From an uncultured Nitrososphaeraceae archaeon (lineage in GTDB: Archaea; Thermoproteota; Nitrososphaeria; Nitrososphaerales; Nitrososphaeraceae), in assembly GCA_963779615.1 (NCBI GenBank), contig CAVZZA010000005.1, forward strand, positions 384,001-448,000: a DNA stretch of 64,000 bases, written 5' to 3'. The notes under the pieces are model-generated. The model saw only the letters and a list, made by a program, of their open reading frames with translations. It did not search any database and was not told the origin of the DNA. A program made the translations under genes and the position numbers. How positions within the stretch are numbered: the first letter of the stretch is position 1; each line of letters begins with the position of its first letter. Below are positions 11,710 to 23,020 of this stretch, piece by piece.

Positions 11710-14191
11710 TCAAGGATTGTCATTATAACAGAAGAAGTTAAATCTGCAATTTTCCAGCAGCAACTGGTTTTCAATAGCATTGTCAAGTGTCGAAATAAAA
11801 AACTTGTTTATCGATTTATACATCTCGGATAATAATTGTGAATATCTTTTTTCATCATACCTAAAATGACTTTTGTCAATCAACTCTATGGGCAATGCTC
11901 TCTCCAAATGATTCTTGTTATAAAAGTCGGTAACAACATATTTGATTTCTTCACCTGCATGCAAAGATTTACCGTTATTGGACAATATCTTTAGGACGCA
12001 ATTTTCTATGGTGTCTCTGCTTGAGGTACTCATCAACATCTTTGGAAATCCTTTTTGTAAATGTAAGGTCAGAAAGCGATACTTTTCTAGAAAAAATAAA
12101 ATTTTGGTATCTGTTGTATATGTCGTCTAAAGCATGTATTGATTGCTTGATTTCTTCTACCCTGTTGAATCTGGAAATAGCCTGCAACAGTTCGTCTTGA
12201 AAATCAATGAATAGCTGAGGTGTATCGTGTCTTCTTGATTCTATCCCTCGCGCCTTTATTGCCCCATCTTCAAAAACACCAAAGTACCTGTTTAGTGCAG
12301 GCAATTGGGGATTTGCTTTAGAGGAATCAAACACAATCCATTTGTAAATGCCCTCAAAGGATATGGAAAACCCTGTTTGCTCCTCTATGTCTTTTTTCAA
12401 ATCCATGTAACGATTTGCAGGATCATGTGAATGACTTGAGTTATTATTAAAACCATTTTTTTCTCTTACCCAGATGGAATCAACTATTCCATGTATCACT
12501 TCAAATCCATGCTTCTCTGCTATTTTGGATGTTTTCAATAGTATGTCTCGCGCAAATGCACACACTGCGATGTGAGCGTCTATCCTTCCAAACTTTGAGT
12601 TGCTAAACCCAAGATAACCAAAGGAAGTAACCAGGATCCATTTCAATGCGGTTTGCCTGTTGTCATAACGGTTTTTCAACTGTTCATTTTTGCCTAGTGA
12701 GTTAGTGAAGCTGTTTTTTCTTTTTTTGTATTCCAGTCGTCTGGTCAGAACGGTTTTTAAGGACAATGGCACTATACCCATCCTTTCTTTGCACAAATGA
12801 TACAGGTGTTCAAGATCTGGAACTTTATTGTCCGATTCTGATTTGCAGCAATCACAATTGATTGTATCTGAGGAAATGTTTTTCTTTAGCATAATGTTTG
12901 GATAAAGGGACACAAAATCAAATTCTGCAATGTTGTCATATGCTCCGGGTTTTGATTCAAAAACAAATCCTCCTCTGTCTGCCTTTAGCAGATCAGAAAA
13001 CGATTTGAATATCTCGCATACTATAGGTTTCCAAGGTATGAGAATATCTTTTTTTTGTGCATTGTAAAAATACAAACTGCTAAGGCATTTACCGATAGTG
13101 GATCTTGATGCAAGTTGCAGCGGTATTCTGCAAACTCTGGACAATTCTGCTAATCCATCTAGCCCATTATCCTTGTAAATAAAGGAACTGTTGATGTCTA
13201 TGTGAATCCGGCCGTATAAAAAAAACGGTTTTGGTTTGAAATGCACTTTTCCATAGGAGACATAAGAAGATGCTGAATACAAATCGGGGTTCGGGTCTGT
13301 AGATGTGGATGTTACGTTTTGCCCTATTAGCGGCAAGTTTTTTTTTATTAAATACTCCATGTTTGATTCCCGGTTTAGATTTACCAATAACTGGGTTTCA
13401 ATCTTATTGGCTTTGGCTCTGTGAAACAAATGGGGAAATAGAAACTGATCTCCTCCCGTGGTCAGGATTATGTCCGGGTTTATCCTGTTGATCTCATAAG
13501 CAAATTCTAGTATTGTCTCAAGCTCGGTATCCTCCAATATGGAAAACTTTTCGTTGACGTCATTGTCTTTGTCAAATGACACAACCTTTATCTTTAAAAT
13601 TTTATCATTGAAATCATTGGCAATTGTTTTTTTCTCCGAGATTATGTCGAAAGACAAAAACCTGAAATTTGGAAGGATGTAATCAAATGAATCCATGCTA
13701 TCGCTTTTATCGTTGATTAGGCGATGTAAAGCCAGTCCATTTCTTGCTTGGGGTTTTTCTTCTATGTTGTATAAGCCAAGTGGGTAGATATCCTTTTCAT
13801 ACAAAAATGATTGTTCAGTGGATACATCCACATTGTATAGCCTGTAATGTCCAAACCTTTTGCAAAGCTTCTCAATGCTTTTTGCTAATGCGATTATTTG
13901 AGACGAGTCATTTACAGTTAACTTTAAAACCTCTTTCTTGCCTTGTTCATGTGGATACTCATACTTTTCTTTGAATTCAAATTCTTTGACAAAAGACGAA
14001 ATTTGGCTGTTTTTTATTAGGGATACTAATTCAGACTTTGTGTCGGATGCAGCATATATGTATGGAGACCAAGGATACTCCAGTCTTTTTACACCCTCTT
14101 TTTTTTCCTTTATCCATAAAACTGTCCTGTCTTTTAGGTGATAGATGTCAAATAGCCAACCGTTACTAATCATTGTCAAGCTTTTCACCAA
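11710..14191 (-). CDS. polB2: Family B DNA polymerase, PolB2 subgroup (frameshift near 12025)
   Basis: DRGG, DFVSLYP (motif A), RQTALKWILVTSFGYLG (motif B), degenerate motif C HGIVDS typical of PolB2; C-terminus continues in ORF 11710-12039 after an extra C in GAG TAC C TCA AGC. Confidence 0.85.
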
Positions 14192-14196
14192 AGGAT

Positions 14197-14316
14197 TTAA
14201 GGCATCAGGTTGATCGGGAAACTTTTGATTTGCTTATCTAGACATTCCCTAAAGTGCATCCAATTTAATCTTTCTGCATCTGTTAACATTCTAAAAGAAG
14301 GAATGATGCTAACCAT
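14197..14316 (-). pseudogene. Truncated PolB2-associated small protein (arCOG07300-like)
   Basis: 39-aa ORF MVSIIPSFRMLTDAERLNWMHFRECLDKQ directly upstream of polB2; resembles the recalled MGRTIPSFR..E...W..FR..LDK N-terminus. Confidence 0.6.
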
Positions 14317-14815
14317 TAGACTACACTTGCGTCAGTTGAAAAACATTTGTTGAATTGTTAATTTTGCCAATGTGGGATGATATGTAGTTATTAAGATTGT
14401 TTAATGCAGTTTTTATTGACAATTTTATTTCCTGTTTTTTTTTATTCATGTCATTTAGTTAGAGGATATGTTAATATGTGTTACGCAGTGTAAACTTACC
14501 TTATACGATGTAAATGCCTAAATAATAATTTTATACATTGTCATGCGGTCTTATCATTTATGCATTTGATCTAAACTGTTGAGCTAGTTACACCACAAGT
14601 AAATATTGTCAACATTCATCTTCTTTAAGGAGTCTTCCAAAGTGCCTGTCGATATGCTGGGCACAAGCGCCCTGTTCTTAAACCGCAGGCTCCATTCAAT
14701 GAACATATCTACCTGCTTTGCCATATAACAAAAAGAATGCCATATCGTTCAAAAACCCCTTTTCGAAATTTAACGCGTAATTGTCCGTATTAAAGCATGT
14801 TATTCATTACTTGAC

Positions 14816-15388
14816 ATGTCTAAATCAAATCCCAAAGACATTATGACAAAAAAATTCATTTTGGAGTTAAATGAAGCCCTTGCTTTCGAGAACGCAGGCA
14901 TGGAATGGCTTCAAACTCGAATTGGAGAAATCAGCATACCAGAGGCCAAACAACAAATGCAACACCATTTGCAAGAAAGTCTAGAGCACCAAAAAAGGCT
15001 GCAAAATCTAATAACTTCCATGGGGGGAGAGCCCACCCAACTCAAGGTGGGGTTGCCATTGCCATCATATCCAGACACCATAAGGAAAATGATGGATAAT
15101 TCAATGACAGCACATGAGTGGGAGCTAAAAAAGACAGAGCATGACCTGATCATAGAAAATGCAGAAGTCTCATGTTACCTTATGCTGATAGAGAAAGCGC
15201 AAATGACAAAAGGAGAATTTCCAAATGCAGCAGAGCCACTATTGCTGAATTTAAAAGATGAGCAGAACATGGTTGAATGGATAAAGACCAATTCTCCCGA
15301 AATGCTGTCAAAGTTGTGGCCAAAGATACAGTCAGCAATAGAAACCACAGATGTCGATTCCGATTCTTCACCAGCATCATCAGCATAA
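14816..15388 (+). CDS. Ferritin-like (DUF892/YciF-like) protein
   Basis: ELNEALAFEN, HHLQESLEHQKRL, ENAEVSCY, DEQNM di-iron-type helical pattern. Confidence 0.75.
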   Translation: MSKSNPKDIMTKKFILELNEALAFENAGMEWLQTRIGEISIPEAKQQMQHHLQESLEHQKRLQNLITSMGGEPTQLKVGLPLPSYPDTIRKMMDNSMTAHEWELKKTEHDLIIENAEVSCYLMLIEKAQMTKGEFPNAAEPLLLNLKDEQNMVEWIKTNSPEMLSKLWPKIQSAIETTDVDSDSSPASSA

Positions 15389-15815
15389 AATGCACAGAAT
15401 CTTCTCAATTAATAAAAATCCAATAAATGGCCTCCAGAGATTCCAAGGCTCCGCCTTTATTAAATACCAAAGTCTATTGGTAATTAAGGCATGCCTTCAC
15501 GATACAAACTGAGTATATGTTCAAATAACTTGCCTTTCTGCAATTGGACTCTAGACATGAATGCTTCGGAGCAAATTGATGCACTGCCGTATTAAGGAGG
15601 TTGATATTACACAATTTTCTCTTGAGGGATTGGTTGAATCCTTTCTGTAGGTTTTCAACAACAAAAATTTTTATTTTTTACCAAACATTATAGGAAAAAT
15701 AATGAAAACATCTTGACACAATTAAATCCATACGTCACTATTTTTCTTTGGATGACTAACTAAATTTATGGAGAAAATAAATCTGTTTATCGCTAAAAAG
15801 AAATGGCGATAAAAG

Positions 15816-16280
15816 GTGGAGAATAAAGATTTAATCGAATTAGAAATCAAGGAAATTGTAAATAGAGAAACCCAAGCATGGAGTAATAAGGATGTAGAGA
15901 ATCTATTGAGTGTATTCCATCCAGACACGGTGTGGCCATGGCCCAGAACATCCGAATCACATGACCCTACGGATTGGATTTTTGGAATGGGACGGTTTAA
16001 CCATCAATGATGGAAAAAGGGTTATAGTGAATTGTTTGGATCTCACAAATTAATTCACAATGTTCGAGAAATCCGGAAAATAGTTATTTCAGATGAAGGT
16101 GATGGAGCCTTTGCAGTCGTTGATGTAGATACCTTGTGGAAGAACATAAAGACAAAAGAAGATTTTCATTGGAAAGGCAAAGCATGCATGCAAAATCCAC
16201 ACAAGGATGGCAATAGATGGCAAATGGAAAACGATTGCACATACTGGTTTACTTGACTATGGAAAAAAAGAATATGAGCT
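15816..16280 (+). pseudogene. NTF2/SnoaL-like protein, interrupted
   Basis: ETQAW..DVENLLSVFHPDTVWPWP..HDP.DW; in-frame TGA at 16008; continues GAFAVVDVDTLW..FHWKGKAC, then frameshift at a gcat duplication; end approximate. Confidence 0.7.
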
Positions 16281-16619
16281 AACTAATACACACTCAATTA
16301 ATTAATAAAATCAAAATAACCGCAGGTTTTCATCAAAAGGTTCAAATTTTAATTCCATGTTTTGATGTTCTTCTTTACTGTATCTAAACTAAGTATATCT
16401 TGCATATATTACACACAATGGCTAATGGCCAAGTTAATAAACAAAAATATTGGAAAAACACCATAGTAACCGTAGTATCGTCGCAATACTGAATAAAGTT
16501 TTGATTTGGATAAACCAAAAGATAATGATTATTCCCTAAGAGTACAGATAGACTACCACAATACGACTAAATTATCGATATAGTTCCGGATTTTATTATC
16601 TTTATGACCCTTTCACGAT

Positions 16620-16990
16620 TTTTGGCATTATACTCACACGATTTCAACTCCTTTTTCCTTCAGCGTGGGCGACAATTCATTGAGTTTCCTTGACAGCGAG
16701 TTTGGGGCGGGTGGCCATAACTTGTTATTAGAAAAACCAGACCCATTATCTATTGGTGTCAATATTTGAGAGTTCTGAAGCTGTTCCTTCCCAACTATCC
16801 ATATCCTCTAAAAACTGAAGCAGAATTTTGCCACCATGGATGACTCCATTACCTCCTCGTTTTGGATCATGTTTTCAAAGTATGCCTCGACAAACTCATT
16901 TTCTGCATAACCAATGCACCTTGACACTATCACCGGATTCGGCAAAGTCTGCCATCCTCGGGTATTCACTTGGTTTGATTTTCTCAGGGT
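16620..16990 (-). pseudogene. Remnant of an integrative-element replication ATPase/primase C-terminus
   Basis: Minus-strand pieces YPRMADFAESG, ILLQFLEDMDSWEGTASEL, NKLWPPAP/SLSRKLNELSPTLKEKGVEI in shifting frames. Confidence 0.55.
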
Positions 16991-17179
16991 TTTCCTTCCA
17001 AGCCTATAAAATCAAAAAATTTCTCCATCCTTTTTTTTGTATTTCTCTCTGGTCAATGGCGACCTTAGAGCAAACAAATACAGTTTCCAGATACCAATCT
17101 CCTCATTATTTTTGAGTTCTGGCACCTTTTTCTTTACACCTTTAATTCGTAGAACCCACTTAAAAAAACGTTACGGGTA

Positions 17180-17253
17180 TGGACCGAGTGGGATTCGAAC
17201 CCACGACCTCGGCAATGCCAATGCCGTATCCTACCAGGCTAGACGATCGGCCC
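17180..17253 (-). tRNA. tRNA-Ala(GGC)
   Basis: Cloverleaf: GGGCCGA/TCGGTCC acceptor with G3.U70, anticodon arm CGGCA-TTGGCAT-TGCCG, T-arm GTGGG-TTCGAAT-CCCAC. Confidence 0.97.
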
Positions 17254-17470
17254 CCTTTACAGATTATTTTTTATTAGTTTACACATTAATATTTGTTACA
17301 CGTATCCATGAATAATGTAGTTTTTTTGACAAAAATTAAAATTTTATCCTTAATCTAATTAATTTTTGTGCACGTGTTGTTTTATTGTCTGTCAATCTAT
17401 TTGTCAACATTAAGATTAACAATGTTAATTTTTTCTTCCCATAGTTTTGCCAAATTGGAAACTGTAATTT

Positions 17471-17720
17471 TTATGTAAAGGCGGTAATATGCAAGCAGCA
17501 GCAGAAACCTGTTTTTAGCATCCAGTTTGAAATGCCTGCCTGATGCACCCATGGATCATTCCCTGCTGTCTTTTCTATTGGATAGCCGCCTGATCTCATG
17601 CCTGCCGTGTCTTTTGCCATCTCCCTATCATAAATGTCATCAAACTCCCTTACCGTCAGGCTGGTGAATGACTTGAAAAGCAATGGTTTTTTGGTCAACC
17701 CCTCATAAGAGAGCAAAGAA
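17471..17720 (-). mobile_element. IS5/ISL2-like transposase N-terminal remnant
   Basis: LSYEGLTKKPLLFKSFTSLTVREFDDIY matches a recalled Nitrososphaera transposase N-terminus; frameshifted and truncated. Confidence 0.65.
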
Positions 17721-17841
17721 AGGACAGTGAATTGATGAATCAATAACCACAAGATGTTTAGTTGCATTTACGCAAGAGATACAACATATCTATACACTCG
17801 TCCAGCATCTATAGATATACTTTGTTTCCAAATAATTAATC

Positions 17842-19032
17842 ATGAGTGAGGAAGATGATAAAAACTCTTCATACCGTTATGTTTGTTTATCATCACAGAT
17901 ACCTAGGGGAAAATCAAAGAGATTTTTCATTAAGAATGAAGAAGAAGAAAATTTAGCAATAGCAGTTTTTAATGTCAATGGAATGTTTTACGCTATTTCT
18001 GATTCTTGTATACACAAAGGAGGGCCCCTTAGTGATGGATTCATTGATGGAGATATAGTTACTTGCCCATGGCATGGATGGAAGTATTCAGTGAAAAACG
18101 GTGAATCCCCCCATGAGGGAGGAGATAGTGTTAGTTCTTTTGAGGTTAAAGTAACAGGAAGTAAGTTGTATGTAAACTGTGTTCCATCGTCAGTTGGTAA
18201 ACGAATATTCAGGCCACATGAGTCATATTTGAAACTGGAAGAATCCGTAAATAACCATTTAATGCATAAGTCAAATGATGAAATAATTCCAATAGACGAC
18301 AAAAAAATAAGAATTCTTGGAATATCTACCACAAACACAAATGACAAAATAGCGCCCCGGAAGAGCACATCAGAGGATGCATTACATTTTGCTCTAGAGT
18401 TTGCGAGAAAAGAACTAGAAGCTGAGACAGTCATGATTAAGCTTCGAGATTTAGAATTCAGTCACTGTGAGGGTTATTATTCAAAGAATGCCAAAGCATG
18501 CATTTTTCCTTGTTCCATTTCAGAAAGAGACAAGGAGGACCAGATGATTCAAATTTACGAAAAGGTAATTCTGTGGGCAGACGTAGTGTTAATCGCCACC
18601 CCTATACGGTGGGGAAGCGCTAGTTCTCTGTACTATAAAATGATTCAAAGGATGAATTGTGTTCAAAATCAGTCCATCACACATAACCGACATTTAATAA
18701 GAGACAAGACAGCTGCTTTTATTATTACAGGGGGACAGGATAATGTTCAGCATGTTGCGGGAGAACTCCTGTCTTTCTGGTCAGAATTAGGTTTTGTATT
18801 TGGCAAATTTCCATTTGTTGGTTGGACAAGAGGCTGGTATGCTGAAGATACGGAGAATAATTATGATGCAATGATGTCGAGTTTGAATAACGATACCAGT
18901 GTTGATACAGGGTTAGAGAAAAATTCAAAAATGTACAATGACATAATCAAAACAATTCGGGGGGCATTCGAAATGGCATTACTTGTAAAAAGAAACAGGT
19001 ATGACCAATCCGTTTTGCATAAAGGGGCGTAA
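17842..19032 (+). CDS. Rieske [2Fe-2S] domain fused to flavodoxin-like/NADPH-dependent FMN reductase domain
   Basis: CIHKGGPL...CPWHGW Rieske ligands; ADVVLIATPIRWGSASS and AFIITGG flavodoxin-fold motifs. Confidence 0.88.
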   Translation: MSEEDDKNSSYRYVCLSSQIPRGKSKRFFIKNEEEENLAIAVFNVNGMFYAISDSCIHKGGPLSDGFIDGDIVTCPWHGWKYSVKNGESPHEGGDSVSSFEVKVTGSKLYVNCVPSSVGKRIFRPHESYLKLEESVNNHLMHKSNDEIIPIDDKKIRILGISTTNTNDKIAPRKSTSEDALHFALEFARKELEAETVMIKLRDLEFSHCEGYYSKNAKACIFPCSISERDKEDQMIQIYEKVILWADVVLIATPIRWGSASSLYYKMIQRMNCVQNQSITHNRHLIRDKTAAFIITGGQDNVQHVAGELLSFWSELGFVFGKFPFVGWTRGWYAEDTENNYDAMMSSLNNDTSVDTGLEKNSKMYNDIIKTIRGAFEMALLVKRNRYDQSVLHKGA

Positions 19033-19406
19033 ATCAGTGCGGGATATTACAAAAACTAGCTGTTCATTTAACAGGTCTTTACATTAATAGCAACAAATCA
19101 AACCCACAAACAAATCAGGGACAAAATGTCATGATATGTTTTATCTATTTGCTTAAAGGAATATCCTAACTATTAATTAGTATTGGTAATTCATAACATT
19201 TCTTTATTTTGTATACATTAGATATTAAAAACCTTAAAAATTCACTTCATACTATTTGCAGGACAGGTAAGTTGTAAGTTATAAATATTTACTATAGTGC
19301 TCTTGTGTCATAATCTCGTCATTATTTTTTCAGAGAACTGAAAAAAATCATCTTGATGGTCTCAAGCCGTCTTCTCCGACTGCTCCCTGATTTTCTGGTT
19401 TCTCTT

Positions 19407-19883
19407 TCAATTTAACTTTGTTATTGTTGTGACTACCTCTAGGATGTCTTGAATGCCTCGTTCCCCCTTTATTGAAAGGATGTCCACCCCTTCATTTCTG
19501 TCCCCTAACCAGTCAATAAATCCATTTAGGCTATTTTGATTACCAAGGTATTCATCTAGCCGTCTCCAGATTTTGGGCCATATCGGTTTTATTGTGGCAG
19601 GGTCAGCATGCGTGTTGACCATAACACCTGCTTCTGTTGAGTCTGCTGGCCAGTAACCAAGATTATTTTGCTTCGCGTGCGCCAAAGCATTGTTAAATTC
19701 CTCTCTTGATGAAGCAAACAAAGTATTATGATATAGCGGACATGCAAATCCGTCCTTCATTTGCTTATAATTAACAGATTCTTTGAGTCTTTGATCATCA
19801 AGAAAGACAACATATTTTATCACAGGTAGCCACCATAACAATGACCCTGGTGTTGTATGATGAATGCGCAACACAAGAAACAC
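19407..19883 (-). pseudogene. Possible thermonuclease-like protein, C-terminal fragment
   Basis: GFACPLYHNTL...AKQNNLGYW resembles the SNase C-terminal helix; N-terminus missing. Confidence 0.35.
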
Positions 19884-19987
19884 ACTGACAGGTCATAACT
19901 TGCATACAGATAATTTTATAGGCTTGGCAGTTTTAAAACCCGCTGTATTGGGTATGCCTTTGCAATATTCGAGTGTAAATATACAAA

Positions 19988-21277
19988 ATGGATGAACATA
20001 ATGAACATACAGGAATCAACAACAATAAATATTATCCATCAAGAATAGACAAAAAATTCCTTGACAGACTGTTCGAATTTATACAATCAGTTGAATCCGA
20101 AATGGACATAATGTTGCCTGGAATCGCATCCTTGCAATTCTTGTCATATTACAAGATTATTGATTATGTAATATCACAGAAGCTGGCCAAGAATATCATT
20201 ATCAGATTGTTATGCCCTTTTGACGAGGACAGCACGCGGCTAACCAAACATCTAGTCCCATTTATCGGATACAGATCAATAAAGCCATCATTACCCAAGA
20301 CCCCATCAAATTCCTTGTTATTCATTAGAGACAAACAGGACATTTTCTCTTTTTCAATCAATATGCAAGTACAACCGCACCAGCATGATAATCAAGCCAG
20401 CGATACTATTTTTTCCCTCGATAGTTGGTCATATTCTAAAGACATCTCCATAGTGGGAAATACTGTTTATTGCTTTGATCTCATATGGGAGGAAAAAGAA
20501 AATCACGATAAAACCATAAAGGAAAAAACGCACTCTGAACTTTTGTTTGATTTGATCTCACATGATATAGGAAACTATCATCAGGCGATACAAAATAGCT
20601 TGGGCATTGTAGACTCCATTGTAAAAAGAAACAACAATGACACAAGCGCCCTCGCCCAGAACAACGAAAGAATTTTTTCATTTCTCACAACCGCAAAAAA
20701 AGCACTGAATAAAAGTCAATCACTTGTAAACAACATACGCAGGTTAGAACGACTGTACGCACAAAAGGATCTGGAGCTAATATTGAAGAACCTTCCACAT
20801 GTTATCAATAATGCATACATTACAATGCAGCAAACACTATATGACAATAATCCACAGGGCAAAAGAATTAGATTCTCATTAAATGTAGTGGACGATCACA
20901 ATGATCCCACTGACATAAATGTAATCGCAGAGGATCTGCTCGAGGAAATTTTTGTTAATTTGTTTTCCAACAGCATAAAATACACAGAATCGTCAGAGGT
21001 TAAAATTGATGTTCTTATAAGGGAGCATTTTATTGGCGAGGTAAAATATTGGATGGTAACTGTATCTGATTATGGTAAAGGAATTCCGGACCCGATGAAA
21101 AAGGAGCTGTTCAAGCGATTTTATTCCAAAGCTAAGGGAAGCGGATTAGGCTTATCCATAGTAAGGACATTGGTCGAAAGGTACAAAGGCAAAATTTGGG
21201 TAGGAGACAGAGTATATGAGGACTGCACGCAGGGAACATCATTTGGAATGATTTTTCCTGCAGCGCAGGAGCAATAG
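19988..21277 (+). CDS. Cytoplasmic sensor histidine kinase
   Basis: H-box SHDIGNY, N-box EIFVNLFSNSIKY, G1 DYGKGI, F-box LFKRF, G2 GSGLGL; no TM segment. Confidence 0.92.
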   Translation: MDEHNEHTGINNNKYYPSRIDKKFLDRLFEFIQSVESEMDIMLPGIASLQFLSYYKIIDYVISQKLAKNIIIRLLCPFDEDSTRLTKHLVPFIGYRSIKPSLPKTPSNSLLFIRDKQDIFSFSINMQVQPHQHDNQASDTIFSLDSWSYSKDISIVGNTVYCFDLIWEEKENHDKTIKEKTHSELLFDLISHDIGNYHQAIQNSLGIVDSIVKRNNNDTSALAQNNERIFSFLTTAKKALNKSQSLVNNIRRLERLYAQKDLELILKNLPHVINNAYITMQQTLYDNNPQGKRIRFSLNVVDDHNDPTDINVIAEDLLEEIFVNLFSNSIKYTESSEVKIDVLIREHFIGEVKYWMVTVSDYGKGIPDPMKKELFKRFYSKAKGSGLGLSIVRTLVERYKGKIWVGDRVYEDCTQGTSFGMIFPAAQEQ

Positions 21278-21376
21278 TATATTTTGCGATGTCAAAGTTG
21301 AAGTTTTTAGCTTTACTTCAGTTGACAACCCACTGTTGACAGTTTTCTATTATCTAGCCATTAACCATTCAATCAT

Positions 21377-21925
21377 TCAGCAACCTTCCATCCAGACAGT
21401 ATCATGGCATTGCTGCAGTTGCCTTAATTGCTCCAATGTAACATTATTGTCGATATCTTTGGAATCATATGCACATATTCCAATAACAGGAAAGTTAAAT
21501 CTTTGTTCCAAACATGATTCATACTCAAGCAATTCTTTTGTAAACCCACTTTTGAAAAATGCGCTCATATCCCCAAATACTCGCATTCCTCTCTTTCCTT
21601 TGCTAAGACAGTTTTCCACTAACGTAGACCATAATGCAATTGTTCGCTGAATATTGGGCACCCCATCAGGAAAATATGCTTCTTCAGTGGTACTGATGAT
21701 AATGTCTCCTCTGTATTCAAGTTCAGCAACATTCAATTGCCATTCATTTTCCATCCTGGCACGGATCTCATCTTTTGGCAGATCTGTGGTTGTAATAACA
21801 GCAACCTCATTTCTTTCAAGACCACCTTTTAGAAAGGCAAAGGCTTCATTGAATTTTTCATCTTTGCTAGGATAGACTGCAATTATATGATTTCCTTGCT
21901 CGATAGTCTGTAGCCGCTGTGCCAA
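21377..21925 (-). CDS. MEDS-domain protein
   Basis: GNHIIAVY..AFAFLKGGL, GMRVFGDM, LLEYE, ICAYD pattern. Confidence 0.85.
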   Translation of the reverse strand: MAQRLQTIEQGNHIIAVYPSKDEKFNEAFAFLKGGLERNEVAVITTTDLPKDEIRARMENEWQLNVAELEYRGDIIISTTEEAYFPDGVPNIQRTIALWSTLVENCLSKGKRGMRVFGDMSAFFKSGFTKELLEYESCLEQRFNFPVIGICAYDSKDIDNNVTLEQLRQLQQCHDTVWMEGC

Positions 21926-22501
21926 TAGTTATACTACAGAGTGACTTAAAATATAAGAATTGTGCCTCAAGTGAACAGAGCCTTTTTTTCTATAACTTTT
22001 TTATATAAATAGTAGACAACATGTCCAACCAAGTGTAGATGATGTGTTTATTGACATGGAACTTGTTGCAATAAAAGTCCAATAATGCATTCAAGTGTAA
22101 CCTTTTTTTCTTATATCGTATAAAAGCAAGTTAATCGGATATGCTTTTTTGTCCGTTAAATTTGATTTATTGATACTTTTGGCATTCGGAAATATGATTT
22201 TGGAATTGTATTATTTTCCTTTTGATTTTTTATATTAATTTATGCAATAATTTGGAATAATAGGCTTTGAGTGATGGTATAAAAAGAGCATAGGCTGGAT
22301 GATTCTTGTAATTTAATGATATTGGGAATATTGCATTATCATCATTATGACTATGAGAATGTAACGTGGTCGATTTATTGTGTTTGCGCACCCCCCCCCA
22401 ACAGTATATATTGGTATGCAACTTTTTATTTTAAGGATAAAGTCCATAGAAACAATATTATATTTATTGTACTGCTAACAACCTTATTGGGATAGAGAAG
22501 A

Positions 22502-22927
22502 GTGACGATAGAGCTATCAGTAGGTGCAATCATAAGATATCAAACCGAAGAGCAAAATAAGGACCATGCGGATTTCCTTCTTCTTCGGAACAAGCGCGGG
22601 TTTTGGGGTTTTCCTCAAGGACACAAAGAAAAAGGGGAAAATGAAATCCAAACGTTGCAAAGAGAGGTTCAGGAAGAAACAGGAATAACTGATTTAGAAA
22701 TTCACCAATATGTCGGCAAAATCCAATACAAATACTTTAGGGCCGACGGAGTACGCTCAGAAAAGGAAGTCAAGTTTTATTTTGCCACCACACCCACAAG
22801 GGAGGTCGTAATATCCAATGAGCACGAAGATTTCAAATGGACCAACTATCTGGACGCTTTATCCATACTTGACCATCGCCAGTTAAAGTCAATCATTCTC
22901 AAGGGAAGAAGAAAAGGCCTCTATTAG
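22502..22927 (+). CDS. NUDIX hydrolase (Ap4A hydrolase-like)
   Basis: WGFPQGHKEKGENEIQTLQREVQEETGI Nudix box; ISNEH..FKW. Confidence 0.92.
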   Translation: MTIELSVGAIIRYQTEEQNKDHADFLLLRNKRGFWGFPQGHKEKGENEIQTLQREVQEETGITDLEIHQYVGKIQYKYFRADGVRSEKEVKFYFATTPTREVVISNEHEDFKWTNYLDALSILDHRQLKSIILKGRRKGLY

Positions 22928-23020
22928 GCTAATTTTTGGCACCTGTCACTGTTTTACTAAACCAGAACATCAAAACAACTTTGCCTATTTTTTAAAACTT
23001 TCCATTTTTTATTTTGGTAC

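Noticed and set aside
16008-16010. In-frame TGA (also at 58673) as selenocysteine or recoding
   Set aside because: Both genes have additional frameshifts; simple nonsense mutations are more likely
17037-17315. 92-aa ORF over tRNA-Ala
   Set aside because: Antisense shadow of the tRNA
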